A stretch of 64,000 nt of DNA from Mobula hypostoma. Lineage: Eukaryota. Position 1 is the first letter of the stretch. Every line of letters begins with the position of its first letter. The position numbers and the translations under genes were made by a program. Below are positions 37,104 through 50,159 of this stretch, piece by piece. Below the pieces are notes generated by a model that saw nothing but the letters and a program-made list of their open reading frames with translations, did not search any database and had not been told where the DNA came from. Location: assembly GCF_963921235.1 (NCBI RefSeq), contig NC_086108.1, positions 13,330,001 through 13,394,000 of the forward strand, in the 5' to 3' direction.

Positions 37104-37733
37104 ACCGAGATGTAGAAGCTCAGTGGTGGAAGGAGAGAGAGCGCGTGCGCAGCCCTCCGGTGAAAAATGATATTGTATCTGTTAAATAGGGACCGTGGAC
37201 AATTCTGATTTGATGGAGAATGGACGTGAAAGCACAGAGGAATACCTGGAGAAATTTCTGAAACGCTCGTTCGCGCTGTCATTACTGCGTGGTTGGGAAT
37301 CTTTCAGAGGGTAGGCCTCAAAATCCCCGGCCTTGCCTGCTGTTGGCGACCAAGGTTGACGTCGAATTGTTCGGACAGAGACGGCGCTCAGTACTCGGTG
37401 TCGGAGAGCTGATCAGAGCTCGAAGTTTTCGGATGACTTAGAGTCGGATTGTGGTCGGGCAAGGCAGGGAGAGTTCTTCCTTCTCCCGTCTGCGTGAGTT
37501 GTGGGACATTTGAGAGACTATGAACTTTTACTGTGCTCATGGACTTCTTCATTAAGTTATGGTATTGTTGCACTGTTGTAACTATACGTTATAATTATGT
37601 GGTTTTGTCAGTTTTTTCAGTCTTGGTCTGTCCTGTGTTTTGTCATATCACACCGGAGGAAATATTGTATCATTTCTTAATGCATGCATTACTAAATGAC
37701 AATAAAAGAGGACTACGTGTCTTCATAATCTAA
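37104..37733 (+). mobile_element. Unclassified non-coding retroposon, copy 2 (longer, CpG-retaining)
   Basis: Same body and tail as 27553-28131, with an extra GC-rich 5' part. Confidence 0.75.
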
Positions 37734-37817
37734 TATAGATGGAGGTTACAGAACCATTGCCCCATTGTTGATCCGTTTCTAAGTTTGTGTTGTGGAGTAC
37801 ATGCTGCCCAGGCCTAC

Positions 37818-37948
37818 CTTCCGTTGCCCACTGCTGTCCTCATATACCAGGACATACTTCTCAATCTGAGCCTCAGGAGCCTGCCAGGAAATTCTTGCAC
37901 TCCTCTGGCTCACATCACTGGCCGTCAGGTTCTTTGGGGAATCTAGAG
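37818..37948 (-). CDS. TNR: Tenascin-R coding exon (last FN3 repeat, N-half), 131 bp, phase 1-0
   Basis: tctctattgtag|CT CTA GAT...CGG AAG|gtaggc, giving (P)[43 protein letters not shown] (inside ORF 37779..37976). Confidence 0.93.
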
Positions 37949-38193
37949 CTACAATAGAGAAAGTCTTAGTCAGCAATTGTCTCCTCAGACCAGCTAACAG
38001 GGACGGGAAGCCAAACCTCTCACTAGATAGGTGCTGACTGTTTCACAATGGTTATCAAACGCTGTTGTTGTTGTTACGTGTCCTCCAAGCTCCTCTTCAC
38101 TGGTGTGCTGCCAACGATTAAGTTCACTCCATGTTAATTCCTCTCTGTATCCAGCTGCACTTCTTCCTATCTGAATAGAATTCCTGAAATACC

Positions 38194-41100
38194 TGTTAAG
38201 TTTTTTAACTCCAAAAACGAATTGAAAGAAAAACGCAGAGCTGGGGATAACTTGTGTATGTTTGGTTTTTACTTAGCGAGGTGCGCACTTATGATGTGGT
38301 AGTGAAATGGCGTATGCCATTCACACATTCACATACTTTTACATATAACCCATAAAGAATTATGTAAACAACAAGGAATGCTGAATCAAACAATATATTT
38401 ACAATATTATTCAAATATTACTAAAATATTACATACACAATACTCCTCTGTGCCTAGCTATAAACTAACTCAATATGGAATGCATCTCAACTCAAATACG
38501 CAACATATTGCTCTCTAGTCATCTATGTATCATATTTATTTATTTATTTTTGAAATAAATATATATATGTGTGTGTGTGTGTATATATATATACATACAC
38601 ACACATATTATATGCTATAATACTACCACTATATAGACATCCACAGCATGGTAAATTTTAAATTGTTCTACTCAGGCCTAAAGATTTATTTGCTTTGGAG
38701 GATTTCTTACTCTTGTGGATTAATGGCTTTCCTGACCAGGAAGCTGAGGCTTGTGGTTGTGAAAGAATATTAGGTTCTGAGTCCTCATGCTGGTTGTAGG
38801 AGTTAACTCTGGGACTACAGGAAGAGTGTCTGACAGCCCTGGACACCTTTCTTCCCGAACAGTGCATGGCAAACTGCTCAAACTGCTGATCTGTCAAGGC
38901 TACCAGACAAAGCTGTGAGCCAACGCTTTCATTTTGACCACGCCTAGATGACTGGCACCTACAGTAGCTCCTCCAACACTTCAGTTCTCAGCTTGGATGG
39001 TACAACAACTCTCAATCCCCACATAAGGCAACCCCAAAATGGGGAAACTGGAGTTTCTAATGCACATTTCAGCCATTTTGAGTTGTCGTGTAGACCTGAT
39101 ACAGTGTGGAACCTTTTCTGGTTTCCTTTGAATCATCTCGGCCGTAATAGGGAGACTTTCAATTTGCAGTGGAGAGAATACATCAAAGGGAGTGCCTTGT
39201 TTGTAATTTTTTCAGGTAGTTCCTTTTCTAAGGGTAAACAGGACAATCTATTAGCATTTCCATGATTAGTTGTCCTCTTGAATTCAATGTTGTAATTGTG
39301 TCCTCTAAGAAACAGGCCCCATCTCTGCATTCGTGCTGCTGCTGTTAGTGGAACAGCCTTCTGTGGTTTGAAAATGGATACTGGTGGTTGATGATCAGTA
39401 ATGAGGGTAAAGTCTCTCCCATACAAGTACTGGTTGAAATGATTTGCACCTCAAACCATACTCAAGGCCTCTCTGTCAATCTTTGCGTAATCTTTCTTTG
39501 CAGTGCTAATGCAATTCAAAGGCTGTGGTCCTTTCACTTCCGTCACTCACAACATGTGACATGACTGCACCTATCCCACAAAGATAACTATCAGAGGCAA
39601 GCTTCACTAGACAACGCTGATCATAATGATTGAGTACAGTGTCTAATGTCACTATTTCCTTCACCTTTTGGAAAGACTCTTCACACTGCTCCTTACTCAC
39701 ATTGTCCACTGGCATTTATTCCCAATCTGTAACAATGAGTTCAAGGGACGGAGCACAATAGCCAGGTTTGTCAAGAATCTGTTATAGTAATTGAGAAATC
39801 CAAAAAAGGACCACAACGCTGACACGTCCTTTGGCCTTGGGCATCCACCACTGATAGTATTTTCTCAGCACACTTGTGTAATCCTTGTGCATCAATGGTG
39901 TGACCACAGTAAGAATGCTTTGTTTAAAGAATTCACATTTGTTGCATTGTGCTCTGAGCTCATAATCTTCTAATCTTTTTAACATTGTCTTGAGATTTTG
40001 GAGATGTTCCCTGTCTTCCTCATCAGTAACAATAATGTCATCCAGGTAACACTGAGTGTCTGGACAGCCAACTGCATCTGGTCCATAGCTTTCTGCCAGA
40101 GTGCAGGTGCAGAAGCTACTCCTAAAATAAGCGAATTATAGTGATAAAGCCCTTTGTGAGTGTTTATGGTGAGAAACACTTTGGACTCTTCTTCCATCTC
40201 CATCTGTAGGTAGCCCTCCGCTAAGTCCACTTTGCTGAAGTATTTCCCTCCAGAAAGGTTTGCGAAGATATCTTATATCCTGGGCAGAGAGTCTCGATCT
40301 ACTTTCAGTACTGGGTTAATGGTGACCTTAAAATCACAACAGATCCTGACAGCCCCATTCTTCTTGGCTACTGGGACATCTGGTGTTGCCCTTGGGCTCT
40401 AATCAACCTTGGAAAGAATTCCTTCAGACCTCCATTCGATCTTATTCACTGGCTGCTTTACCATGGATTGTATAAGGAACCAGACAGGGCTTGAAAAACT
40501 TGGGTGTGGCATTTTCATTTAAGACAATTTTATCCTCGATTTGTTTGAGTTTTCCAATGACATCATCCAGCACCTTTCTCAACTGGCTCTGAGTTGACCG
40601 GGTTGACTGGATGTGATATGCAAATGGTGGATGGATCTCCAATCAAGCTGTAGCTGTTTCAGCCAATCACAGTCCCACAATACTAGCCCTCCTGTTTTTA
40701 CTACATACACACCCAACATAGGTTGTTGTTTGTTGTATTTCACTGTTACGAATGTCATTCCCACACAAATTACTTTTTCAAATCAAAGGATGTATAAATT
40801 ACTGACCTTGAGATTTGGCAGCCGCAGGTATTTTTTGGATATCTGCATGCTTCAGTTCAGTATTTAAATACCATTCAGACTCATTTTGTTCAATGACTGA
40901 AACAGCTGAGCTAGTGTCCAATTCAATTAATTTGCCATTTGCTTCTGGTGCAAGCTATATTGCTTGTCTCCTGTTAGTTTTCACATTGTAAATCTTGAGA
41001 CCACTTAGTCCTGTGTCACTCTCATCATTATCAGATTTTTCATCAACAACATGCAGAACAGTGCTCTTTCTGAAACTGCAACTTGACTTCTTATCTTTCT
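38194..41100 (-). mobile_element. Gypsy retrotransposon relic: protease-RT-RNase H, PPT and 3' LTR (38194-38442)
   Basis: LDTSSAVS protease-like motif near 40910, DLAEGYLQM..TINTHKGLY, YLDDI, FTLITDHQP..PLTAAARMQRW, HGNAN; LTR similar to 29107-29373. Confidence 0.85.
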
Positions 41101-41595
41101 CCATTGTACTATTGTCCATAGATGCTCCTTGGCCTGCTGAATTCCTCTAGCATTTTGTCTGTGTTGCTTGGATTACCAGCATCTTCAGATTTTCTCCTGT
41201 TTGTTTCTTTTTTTTTTTACAGAGGTTGGGTGAGACTAGAATTAGAGTTCAAAGGTTAAGTGTGAAAAATGAAACATTTAAGGGGAACCTGATGAGAAAC
41301 TTCTTGACTTAAAATGTATTGCAAATGTGGATCGAGCCACCAGTGGGAGTGGTGTGTACAGGTTTAACGCAACAGTTAGAAGAAGTTTGGATAAGTACAT
41401 GGATGGGAGAGGTATGGATGGCCATGTTCCAGGTGTGGGTCAACGGAATTAGGCACAGTACGCATCAGCGTAGACTTAATGGGATGAAAGGCCTGTTTCT
41501 GTGCTGTGGTGATCTGTGACTCTATGACACCATGGCTGTAAATTTGTAAAGTCAGGAAATGCAAGTGTTGAAACCTCAACAAGGTTCCACCAAGG

Positions 41596-41800
41596 CACTG
41601 TTTCCTTTCAGCTGTGTGGGTGCACAGTGGCACAGTAACTAAAATGCTCCCGCGCACATAGCCTTTGTTGCCGCACAGCTGGAGTTTTCTTTTATATAAT
41701 GTTAATATAAAATGCCATGCAGTTTTCAGGTTGTGTAAAATCTTCATGTTCAGAGCAACGCTTGGTCGTCACAGCTTTTAAAAAAAAAGATGGAACATTG
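41596..41800. mobile_element. hAT-type MITE, copy 1
   Basis: Imperfect TIRs CACTGTTTTCCT / AGATGGAACATTG; flanking 8-mers CACCAAGG and CACAGAGG (6/8). Confidence 0.65.
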
Positions 41801-41829
41801 CACAGAGGCCATTCTCTGAACATCCACCT

Positions 41830-42240
41830 TTTGGTTGCTTCGCTGTCCGTAACGTGAGACAGATGGTGTCTGTACAGTCACCATGACAATTACAGGAACA
41901 AACTTGCTGTAAAAGTACCAGGACTGCCAGTGAAGTATTAACCAAAAAGTGACAGTCGCAACACGAGCCACCAACACTCAGCAAACTGAGACTAGCAAAT
42001 CAGTCTCAGGAGTATTTGAAGATCAAGTCCTCAGACCTGGAACAGAACTTGTCATGCTACAGGCAGTAATGCCTGCCTTCCTCTATGTGACAGAGACCCA
42101 GATTTCCTACGGCAGGGATCTGAGGGCAGTGGGCAACCACCAACACTGCCTCTGCAAAATGTTGCACCTTCCCAGGAAGGAATATCAGAACTCTCTCCCA
42201 GCCCAAAATCTCTATTAATAGTGTCCCAGTTACATTCAGT
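41830..42240 (+). mobile_element. RTE-clade LINE C-terminal fragment
   Basis: VFEDQVLRPGTELVMLQAVMPAFLYVTET...HQHCLCKML resembles RTE TK..VY.A.V.P.LLYG.ETW..FHQRCLR.IL. Confidence 0.65.
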
Positions 42241-42479
42241 CCTTGAAGAAATTCAATCTTCCGAGTGACTCCTGGGGACTTCTGGCCTAGCACTGTTTAG
42301 AGAGAAGGAACACTCAGGATGGTATTGAAAACCTTGAGGCTATGCATTAGGAGAGTAAGTGGTAGAAAAAATTGCTAGACTCAAAGACCACTCGATTGGG
42401 TGATCCTGCTTGAAAGAAAAGGAATAAATATCAAGTGAAAGAGTTTTAAGAGTGTGATATCAAGTTCCAGGAGCAGCAT

Positions 42480-44485
42480 GTTCCTGTTAGGAACCCTGAT
42501 TAACAAGAGACAGTAGGGAAAAAAATAGCAAGTATGCATTGGATTTAGGAGATTGAAGATGAATGAATGACTATAAAATGATTAAGAATGCACAAGAGGA
42601 AAATCAGGAGAGCAAAGAAAGGTATGAAATGGATAAGGTTAAGGGAAATCCCATGAGGTTCTGAAGCTGTATTAAGAGTAGGAGGATGGCTTTGGAGAGA
42701 GTAGGTCTCCTTAGAGATCAGCAGGGCCATCTATGTCTCGAGCTTCAGAACATGGGTGGGTTTTTTAATGAATATTTCTCTTCAAATCTTACTAAAAAGA
42801 AAACCATAGTTGCTCAAGCGATAAGGGAAACAAGTGGATATCTTTTGGAGAAAGTGCATGTTACCTGGGAAAAGATATCTACACTTTACAGCGCAGTAAA
42901 TGGATAAGTCCCCAGTGCATGACTGAGTGCATCCTCAGACTCTGTGGGAAGCTAGGCAGGAATTCGTAGAGGCCCTTGCAGATACTTGCTTCATCATTAG
43001 ACACTGGTGAAGTTCCCAAACACTGGGAGGTGGCTAATATTCTGTTGTTTATGAAAGTTTGGAAGGGCAAGCCAGAGAACTGAAGGCCAATCAGCCTTAC
43101 GTCGATGATGGGAATTCTGAGGGACAGCACCTACCAGCACTTTGATAAACAATGTCTGATTAGGAAGAGTCATCACAACTTTGTGTGTGGAAAATCATGA
43201 TTGATGAATCTTTTAGAGATATTTCTGAAAGGTAACCTAAAGGGTACATGAGGGTAAACAATGGATATTGGCTATATAGACTTTAGCAAGGTCTTTGACA
43301 AGGTCCCATATGGTAGGTTAGTCCAGAGGATTAGGTCCCAAGGAATCCAAAGGTGGATTCAAAATCGATTCAGTGGTAGGAAGCAGAGGGTTGTAAGTGA
43401 AAGTTGTTTCTTAGAATGAAGGCCGGTGATTTGTGCTGTGTAGTGTTAAGATTCCTATTAGCTGTTATTTAATTAAATGATCTGGGAGCAAAAGCACAAG
43501 AGTTAATCAATAAAGTTTCAGATTATATGAAATTAAGAGACGTTGATAGTGAAGAAGATTATTATAGATTACAGGGGATTGTGATAATGGATCTCAATAC
43601 AGATTAGTGTGAAGTAATGCATCCTGGAAAGTCAAATCAGTGTAGGCTTTGTATTATTAATGGCAGGGCCCTAAGGAGTGTAATGGAATGGTGGTACCTA
43701 GGAGTTCAAATGCATCGCTCAATGAAAGCAGCATCACAGGTAGATAAGGTTGTAAGAAAGACACTTTGCACCATGGCCTTCATTAGTCAGCACATTGAGG
43801 ATATGAGTTCAGACATTATGGTGCTTTGAATATTATGCACAAGTCATTGGTGGGACATCTTTGGAGAAATCAAGGTATTGTGTTCAAAAATCAACAGGTT
43901 ATGTTGCAACTTTATAAAACCCTGGTTAGGCCACGTCTGGAGTATTGCATACAGTTCTGGTCACCCCACTATAAGAAGGATGTTGAGAATTTGGAGGGGG
44001 CGCAGAAGAGGTTTGCCAGGATGCTGCCTGGTTTAGAGAGCATGTGCTATCATGAGAGGCTGGATAAACTTAGGTTGTTCTCTGTTTAGCAACGGAAGGT
44101 GACGGGAGATCTGACAGAGGTTTATAAGATTATGAGAGGCGTCAGTGGAATAGACAAGGAGTATCTTTCCCCCAGGGTGGAAATGTTTAATACAAGAGGG
44201 CATGAGCTGGAGTAGGTTCAAGGAGGATGTGAGGGGTAAGTATTTTACTCAGAGAGTGGTAGATACCTGGAATGAGCTGCCTAATATGGTGGTAGAGGCA
44301 AATTCATCAGTAGATTTTAAGAGATATTTAAATAGGCACTTGAATATGAGGAAGATGGAGGGAAATGGACATTGTGTAGGTCGGAGAGATTATTTTTTGT
44401 TTTTTTTAATATACTTTTTATCTGGTTTGGCACAACATTGTTGGCTGAAAGGCCTGTTTCTGGGGTGTACTGTTCTATGTTCGAT
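42480..44485 (+). mobile_element. Old CR1 ORF2 fragment followed by a younger CR1 3' fragment (about 43855-44485)
   Basis: DFSKVFDKVP; LYKTLVRPRLEYCIQFWSPHYKKD; FTQRVVDTWNELP. Confidence 0.8.
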
Positions 44486-44684
44486 GTAAATATGTAGAGT
44501 TTTTGTTTCCCTGTTATAGAAAGGATGTGGTTAAACTTGGAAAGAGCACAGCAGAAAAAAAAATGAGAAAATTGCCAGGACTAAAAGACCTGAGATACAA
44601 AGAGAAGTTGGCTCTTTATTTCTTAGACTATAGGAGAATGAGGGGTGACCTTATAGAATCATCTAAAATTATAAGAAACATAGA

Positions 44685-45413
44685 TGTAAGGGGTTTCTTC
44701 TTTTATGTTATTGCTAAGGCTAATAAAATGGCTTCTTTGTTATGATAAAAATAAAATGGCTTCCTCTGTGATGTTAACTGCTGAGACAGTGGTTCTCTCT
44801 ATAGCTGCTTGTTTGGGTTATAATTACTGATAACAAGAATTGTATTCATTTGCTAACCAATTGGGATAGATGTTATTCTTTCTTGTGTGTCTGTAAGCTA
44901 TTGTTTTCGCGGGCTTTGGGCAGAAGGCGGATGGGGACAGAGCAGACATGATGCTGTCAGCTGGGCGACGGAATGGACCCCGCGCGGGAGTCCGAGGCCC
45001 AGGGTCTTTGGCGAGGAGAGGAGACACAGACAGACTCAAGTAGAGCATTTGGTCGATCACCGAGGGTGGTCCCATTTGTGGGTCCGCAGAGTTTGGAGGA
45101 CATCGACTGGAGGAAGGGGGACCCGGTTCTCTAAGAGCTCCAATAATGTGTGCACGAACTGGTTAATAATAATGGCACCTTTTTCTTTTTTTAAAAACCT
45201 TTCTTATTTTGTTCCTTTACTATCTACATAGTCAAAGTATGAGTTATAAGGTGTAATCATTGAATTGTATATGGTGTACTGTCTGTTATTTGGCGGGGTG
45301 GGGTACATCACACAGCATCCACACAAACTTGATTACCCAGTTTGGCGGGGCTGAAGGCTGCTCCCCCTAGACAAAAGCGAGCTGAGCAAGCCTGAGGCTT
45401 ACCGGGGGCTACA
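44685..45413 (+). mobile_element. Solo-LTR-like element inserted in a CR1 3' fragment
   Basis: TGTAAGGGG...GGGGGCTACA; flanks TAGA and TAGC (3/4); CR1 sequence continues on both sides. Confidence 0.75.
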
Positions 45414-46201
45414 TAGCTGAGGTGAATGATAACAGTCTTTTTCCAAAGCTAGGAGGCACAGGTTTAGGGTGAGGGAGAACAATGTAAAAGGCTACTTTTT
45501 CACAGAGAAGCTGGTAAACGTATGCAACGAGTTACCAGAGGAAATGGTTGAGGCAGTACAGAAGTATTATTTAAGAAGCAATTGCATAGATGTATGAAGT
45601 AGTGTGCCTTGGATGCATGCAGACCAAATACAGGAAATTGGAATTAGGTGGGTAGGCACAGTGGTCAGCATGGAGTCTCTGGGCTAAAGTGCCTGTACCA
45701 GTGCTGACTCTGTAGCCAATCCAAACAGCAACATCTGAAGCTCCAGTAACACGGCTCGCTCATGGCTGGCCAGCAATGGAGCATGCGTTATCAATAGTTT
45801 CACCGCCTGTGCTAATCCATCTTTCTCACCCTATGCTGTACTATACTGGCCAACATAACCAAACCCAACTCAGTCATGAAATTATCCTTCCACATATATC
45901 TCTTCCTTATTAACTGTACCACTACAGATGTTAAACCAGCATCTCACACTGAATGTTGAGGAACTCAGCAAATCAGGCAGCACCTATGGAGGGAAGTAAA
46001 CAGTGACATTTTGTGCCAGGATCCTTCATCAGGACCAGCTTCTGTGCTCTTCCATTCATTAAATCCTCCCCCCAGCACCACACATCTCAAGTGGAGAACT
46101 CAGGTGACCAGCACCACAACGACAATATTTTGCTTCTTGTACATTCTTGTATTGGTATTGAGTGTCGAGCCGGTTTTGCACCTTTTGCCCGTGACTGCTT
46201 C

Positions 46202-46407
46202 CAGCATTCCCTCTATTTTTTTTCACAGCTGCATGGACCAACTATTGCTCTGAGCAGAAAGTTTTTACACAGCTCGAAAGCTGCACGGCACTTTATATTA
46301 ACATTACATAAAAGAAAATTCAAGCTGCATGGCAACAAAGGCTGCGTGCGTGGGGGCATTTCAGTTACTGTGCAGCTGCGCACCCACACAGCTTCAAGAG
46401 AACAGTG
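46202..46407. mobile_element. hAT-type MITE, copy 2 (inverted relative to copy 1)
   Basis: Reverse-complement similarity to 41596-41800 throughout; ends CAGCATTCCCTCT and AGAGAACAGTG. Confidence 0.65.
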
Positions 46408-47010
46408 GCTGTCTATCTCCTGATTTTAACACTGCACTCCCCAACTCTCACTAACCTCTTACTGATTGAGGGAACTTTTGCTAATAAAATTTCCTCGGCC
46501 AACATGTTACTGAGCAGGCTTCTGATTGTAATTCAACCCTGTCAAATTGTCAAGCCATTTCCAGTATTATCAAGCCACCCCGATGTTTCATCAGCCCCTG
46601 TGATTGTACATAACACAGTATTTCTTACAGCTCCTTAATGCAGTCACTAAGTGAAGAGTGATAATTTGAAGCATATCCCTGATGGTGTTAATCTGTTTCA
46701 ATCATGTGGTGGTCCCTGCATGTTGTCACTGGGTGGCCAGTCTCTGTGGTACTGTGTGACTGAATGCATCCTGGCAGGTCTTATATCAACTCTCTGCAAT
46801 TGCTTGGCAGCCTTGTTCCAGAAACCTGTGTTATTATTCTATGTCCTTTCAGCTGTCAAAGATATTCCTGCAGATTTCACTCAGTAAAAAGGGCCCAGGG
46901 TCACCTTCTGACTTTATCACCCTTGTCCCAACCTTCCTCTAATGATCCACAGTTAACACTGACACTTACAGTTACACAGAGAGAGCTGTCATTAATAAAT
47001 AAGTACATAC

Positions 47011-47154
47011 GTGTAAGAAAGTGAAGGGAGACAGGAGAACTGGTCATGGACCCTCTTGTTGCATAGATGGCAATGGAGTAGTTGGTGAACGGTTGGAGAT
47101 GGGTCAGCTGATGCTGTGTCAGAGCCCCGTCAACAAGAATCCTCTTTACAGCAG
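47011..47154 (-). CDS. TNR: Tenascin-R coding exon (FN3 repeat, C-terminal half), 144 bp, phase 1-1
   Basis: ttctgcag|CT GCT GTA...CTT ACA C|gtatgt, giving (A)AVKRILVDGALTQHQLTHLQPFTNYSIAIYATRGSMTSSPVSLHFLT. FN3 LxPxTxY motif; in frame with both neighbours. Confidence 0.9.
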
Positions 47155-48209
47155 CTGCAGAAGAATGAGAGAATCTGTTTGCACTCAGGAATCAGGAACA
47201 GAAAACACAATGAGCGTATTGCCTCTGTATGACAGGCGTTTGGTAAAATGCACTGGGAGGTCACAATCCACAGTTAACATGGTCAGTGTGGTAAAAAGTA
47301 GTACTCCATTCAGAATCATAGAACTAATTATTGAGGTCATTTGGTCCATCAGCACAGGTACACACTGGGTATAACATCCCTCATGTCCCACTTGTTTGCT
47401 CTTTTCCAAGAACCCTGCAAACTCTCTCTCAGGAGGCTATTGGGAATCAACATCCCTCAGCTTCTGTTCTCCCTGCATCTGCTTAAGGATCCCAAGACCC
47501 CACATACTTGACAAACTTCTCTTTCAATTTGCCTTGTTACTTTCAAGGATTTACGAACTTCCATGTTCTTCTGATCTTGCTAATCACTCTACACCCTTCC
47601 CTTACTCTTTCTGCTGAGGTGAATTACTTCTTACTTGCCTGTATTCACTTCAATCATCCACTTTCCTCTCCACTTTACCACGGTTTCATGCCATTTATCA
47701 CTATATGTGCTCAAAATATGGTGTCACAGTAATGTGAGGGGTATTGCCCACATACCTAGGAAGCAAACTGTCCAACATTCTTAGAAATAATATCTGACCC
47801 CTTCATACATGGTTTCAATTCGTTACAATGGAAAGGAATTCCACAAAGTCACCACTCCCTGAGAGAAGAGCTACCTTCTCCTTTTCCATTCTAAATGGCT
47901 TACCCCTTACCCTGAGATGGTGACTGCTGATCCTGGACTCACCCACAATAAGGAACATCAATCTGATCAGTCCTGCAAGTAAATTGAGAACTAACATTTT
48001 GAGAACAGTAGCTCGATTGACCCTATCTTCCTCCATCACCAAAAAACAGATAGGATTGGACAAAGTCAACATGGATTTGTTAAAGAGGAGATAATAGCCG
48101 AATAATACAGAAACAGAAGCTTTGGCCCACCATGTAATAACGGCGTGCCATTCTACACTAATATATTTGCCTGCACTAGGTCTGTGTCTTTAAATGCCAT
48201 GCCTAAATG

Positions 48210-48853
48210 CCAGCAACTTTGATGTGCTTCCTAGAGATGCTGCCTGGCCTGCTGCATTCACCAGCAACTTTGATGTGGAAAGCAGGATTTCCCAGTAGCC
48301 AGACATTTTAATTCCACACCCCATTCCCATTCTGACATGTTTATCCACGGCCTCCTCTACTGTAAAGATGAAGCCACACTCAGGTTGGAGGAACAACACC
48401 TTATATTCCATCTGGGTAGCCTCCAACCTGATGGCATGAACATTGAATGCTCTAACTTCCGCTAATGCCCCACCTCCCCCTTGTACCCCATCCGTTATTT
48501 ATTTTTATACACACCTTCTTTCTCTCTCTCCTTTTTCTCCCTCTGTCCCTCTGACTATACCCCTTGCCCATCCTCTGGGCTCCCCCCACCTTCCTTCTCC
48601 CTGGGCCTCCTGTCCCATGATCCTCTCATATCCCCTTTGCCGATCACCTGTCCAGCTCTTGGCTCCATCCCTCCCCCTCCTGTCTTTTCCTATCATTTTG
48701 GATCTCCCCCTCCCCCTCCCACTTTCAAATCTCTTACTAACTCTTCCTTCAGTTAGTCCTGACGAAGGGTCTCAGTCTGAAACGTCGACTGCACCTCTTA
48801 CTAGAGATGCTGTCTGGCCTGCTGCGTTCACCAGCAACTTTGATGTGTGTTGC
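48210..48853 (+). mobile_element. Penelope-like element 3' fragment with tandem partial terminal repeats
   Basis: DFPVARHFNSTPHSHSDM...RLEEQHLIFHLGSLQPDGMNIE then stop, and a CT-rich UTR. ctagagatgctg..ccagcaactttgatgtg occurs at both ends. Confidence 0.88.
48755..48790 (+). ncRNA. Minimal type I hammerhead ribozyme motif (Penelope-associated)
   Basis: AGTC-CTGACGA-agggtctcagtct-GAAA-CG-TC-GACT: both core boxes, GUC cleavage triplet (48784-48786), and stem I AGTC/GACT. Confidence 0.75.
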
Positions 48854-50159
48854 CTTTCAGACATACTGATTGTATCTAATGTCACCACCTCCTCTAACAG
48901 TGAAGTTCTTTCTGTGTAAAACAGATCACCTTTAAAGCTGCTTCCTCTCACAAATCTATGATACTTTGTTTTTAATACCCCTTCCACAGTAAAAACATTC
49001 TAACTTTCTACCTTATCTGTGCCATTTGTAATTTTGTTTGTCTCTGTCAGGTCATTTATCAACCTCTTTCACTCTGGAGAAAACCAGCCCATCCTGTTAA
49101 TCTTTCCCAATACCTGCATTCCTCCAATCCAGGCAACATGTTGGTGGACCTCCTCTGCATTTTGTCAACCTCAATCAACTCCTTCTTGTAGTATGGTGAC
49201 TAGAACTGCACACAACATTCTAAGTGCAGTCTAACTGGTATTTTGTAAAATTGCAACATAATGTTCCAACTTTCATATTTTGTGCCCTGAGCTATGATGG
49301 AAAGCATGTCATGTTTTCTTCACCATATCCAACTCTATCGCTACATTCAGAGATCTATGGACTTGGACCTCCAGATCCTTCTGTTCATCAGTGTTCCTTA
49401 GTTCCCTACCATTTCCTGTAGATGCCCTAACTTCAAGTGGTTTCTCTAAGATGCATTGCTTTGCACTTTTCAGGATTAAATTCCATCTGCTAATGCTCCA
49501 GCTGACTTTCCAACTCATCTACATTCTGCTGTCGATCTGGACAGCCTTATTCACCATTCACAAAACTCTCTGCAGACTTACCAATCATTCCTTGTGCAGT
49601 TATCATGCATTCACATGTATCGTAAGTAACAAATGCTTCATCTACTGACCCATGTGTTACACTGCTGGCCATGTTTTTGACACATCTACCGGAATGTTAG
49701 GAGGGTGTAACTAGCAGAATAGATGGGAAGAACCAGTGGATGTGATGTACTTGGACTTTGACCATGGTTTCAATAATGTCCCACTTAAGAAATTAGTACA
49801 TACAATTATAGCACATTGGATTGGTGAATAAGGTGCTGATATATGGTCTGGTAGAGAACTGGTTGGCCAACAAGAAATGAAGAATTGGAATTGGCCCTAA
49901 ATCCTCACTTTTTCTCCTTTGTAATCTTCCCATTGTGCAAGACCTTCCTGCGAGGTTTTGCTGCCAGTCTCCCTCTTCCAGAACCTCCCTTATGATAATG
50001 AAAGTGTCCTCCACCCCATTTAAGACCACTATTCCCGGCCTGATCATAACCACTATCTCCAAAATGCTCCCCGCTTGACACTGCCTCCACCTGACTGACT
50101 ACGTTCCACAAGATAAGATTCAGTAATGCTCACTTCCTCTTTGGTCTATCTACAAGAGA

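Noticed and set aside
47021..47409. ORFs 47021..47374 (+) and 47185..47409 (-)
   Set aside because: Antisense shadow of, and intronic sequence next to, the real exon 47011-47154.
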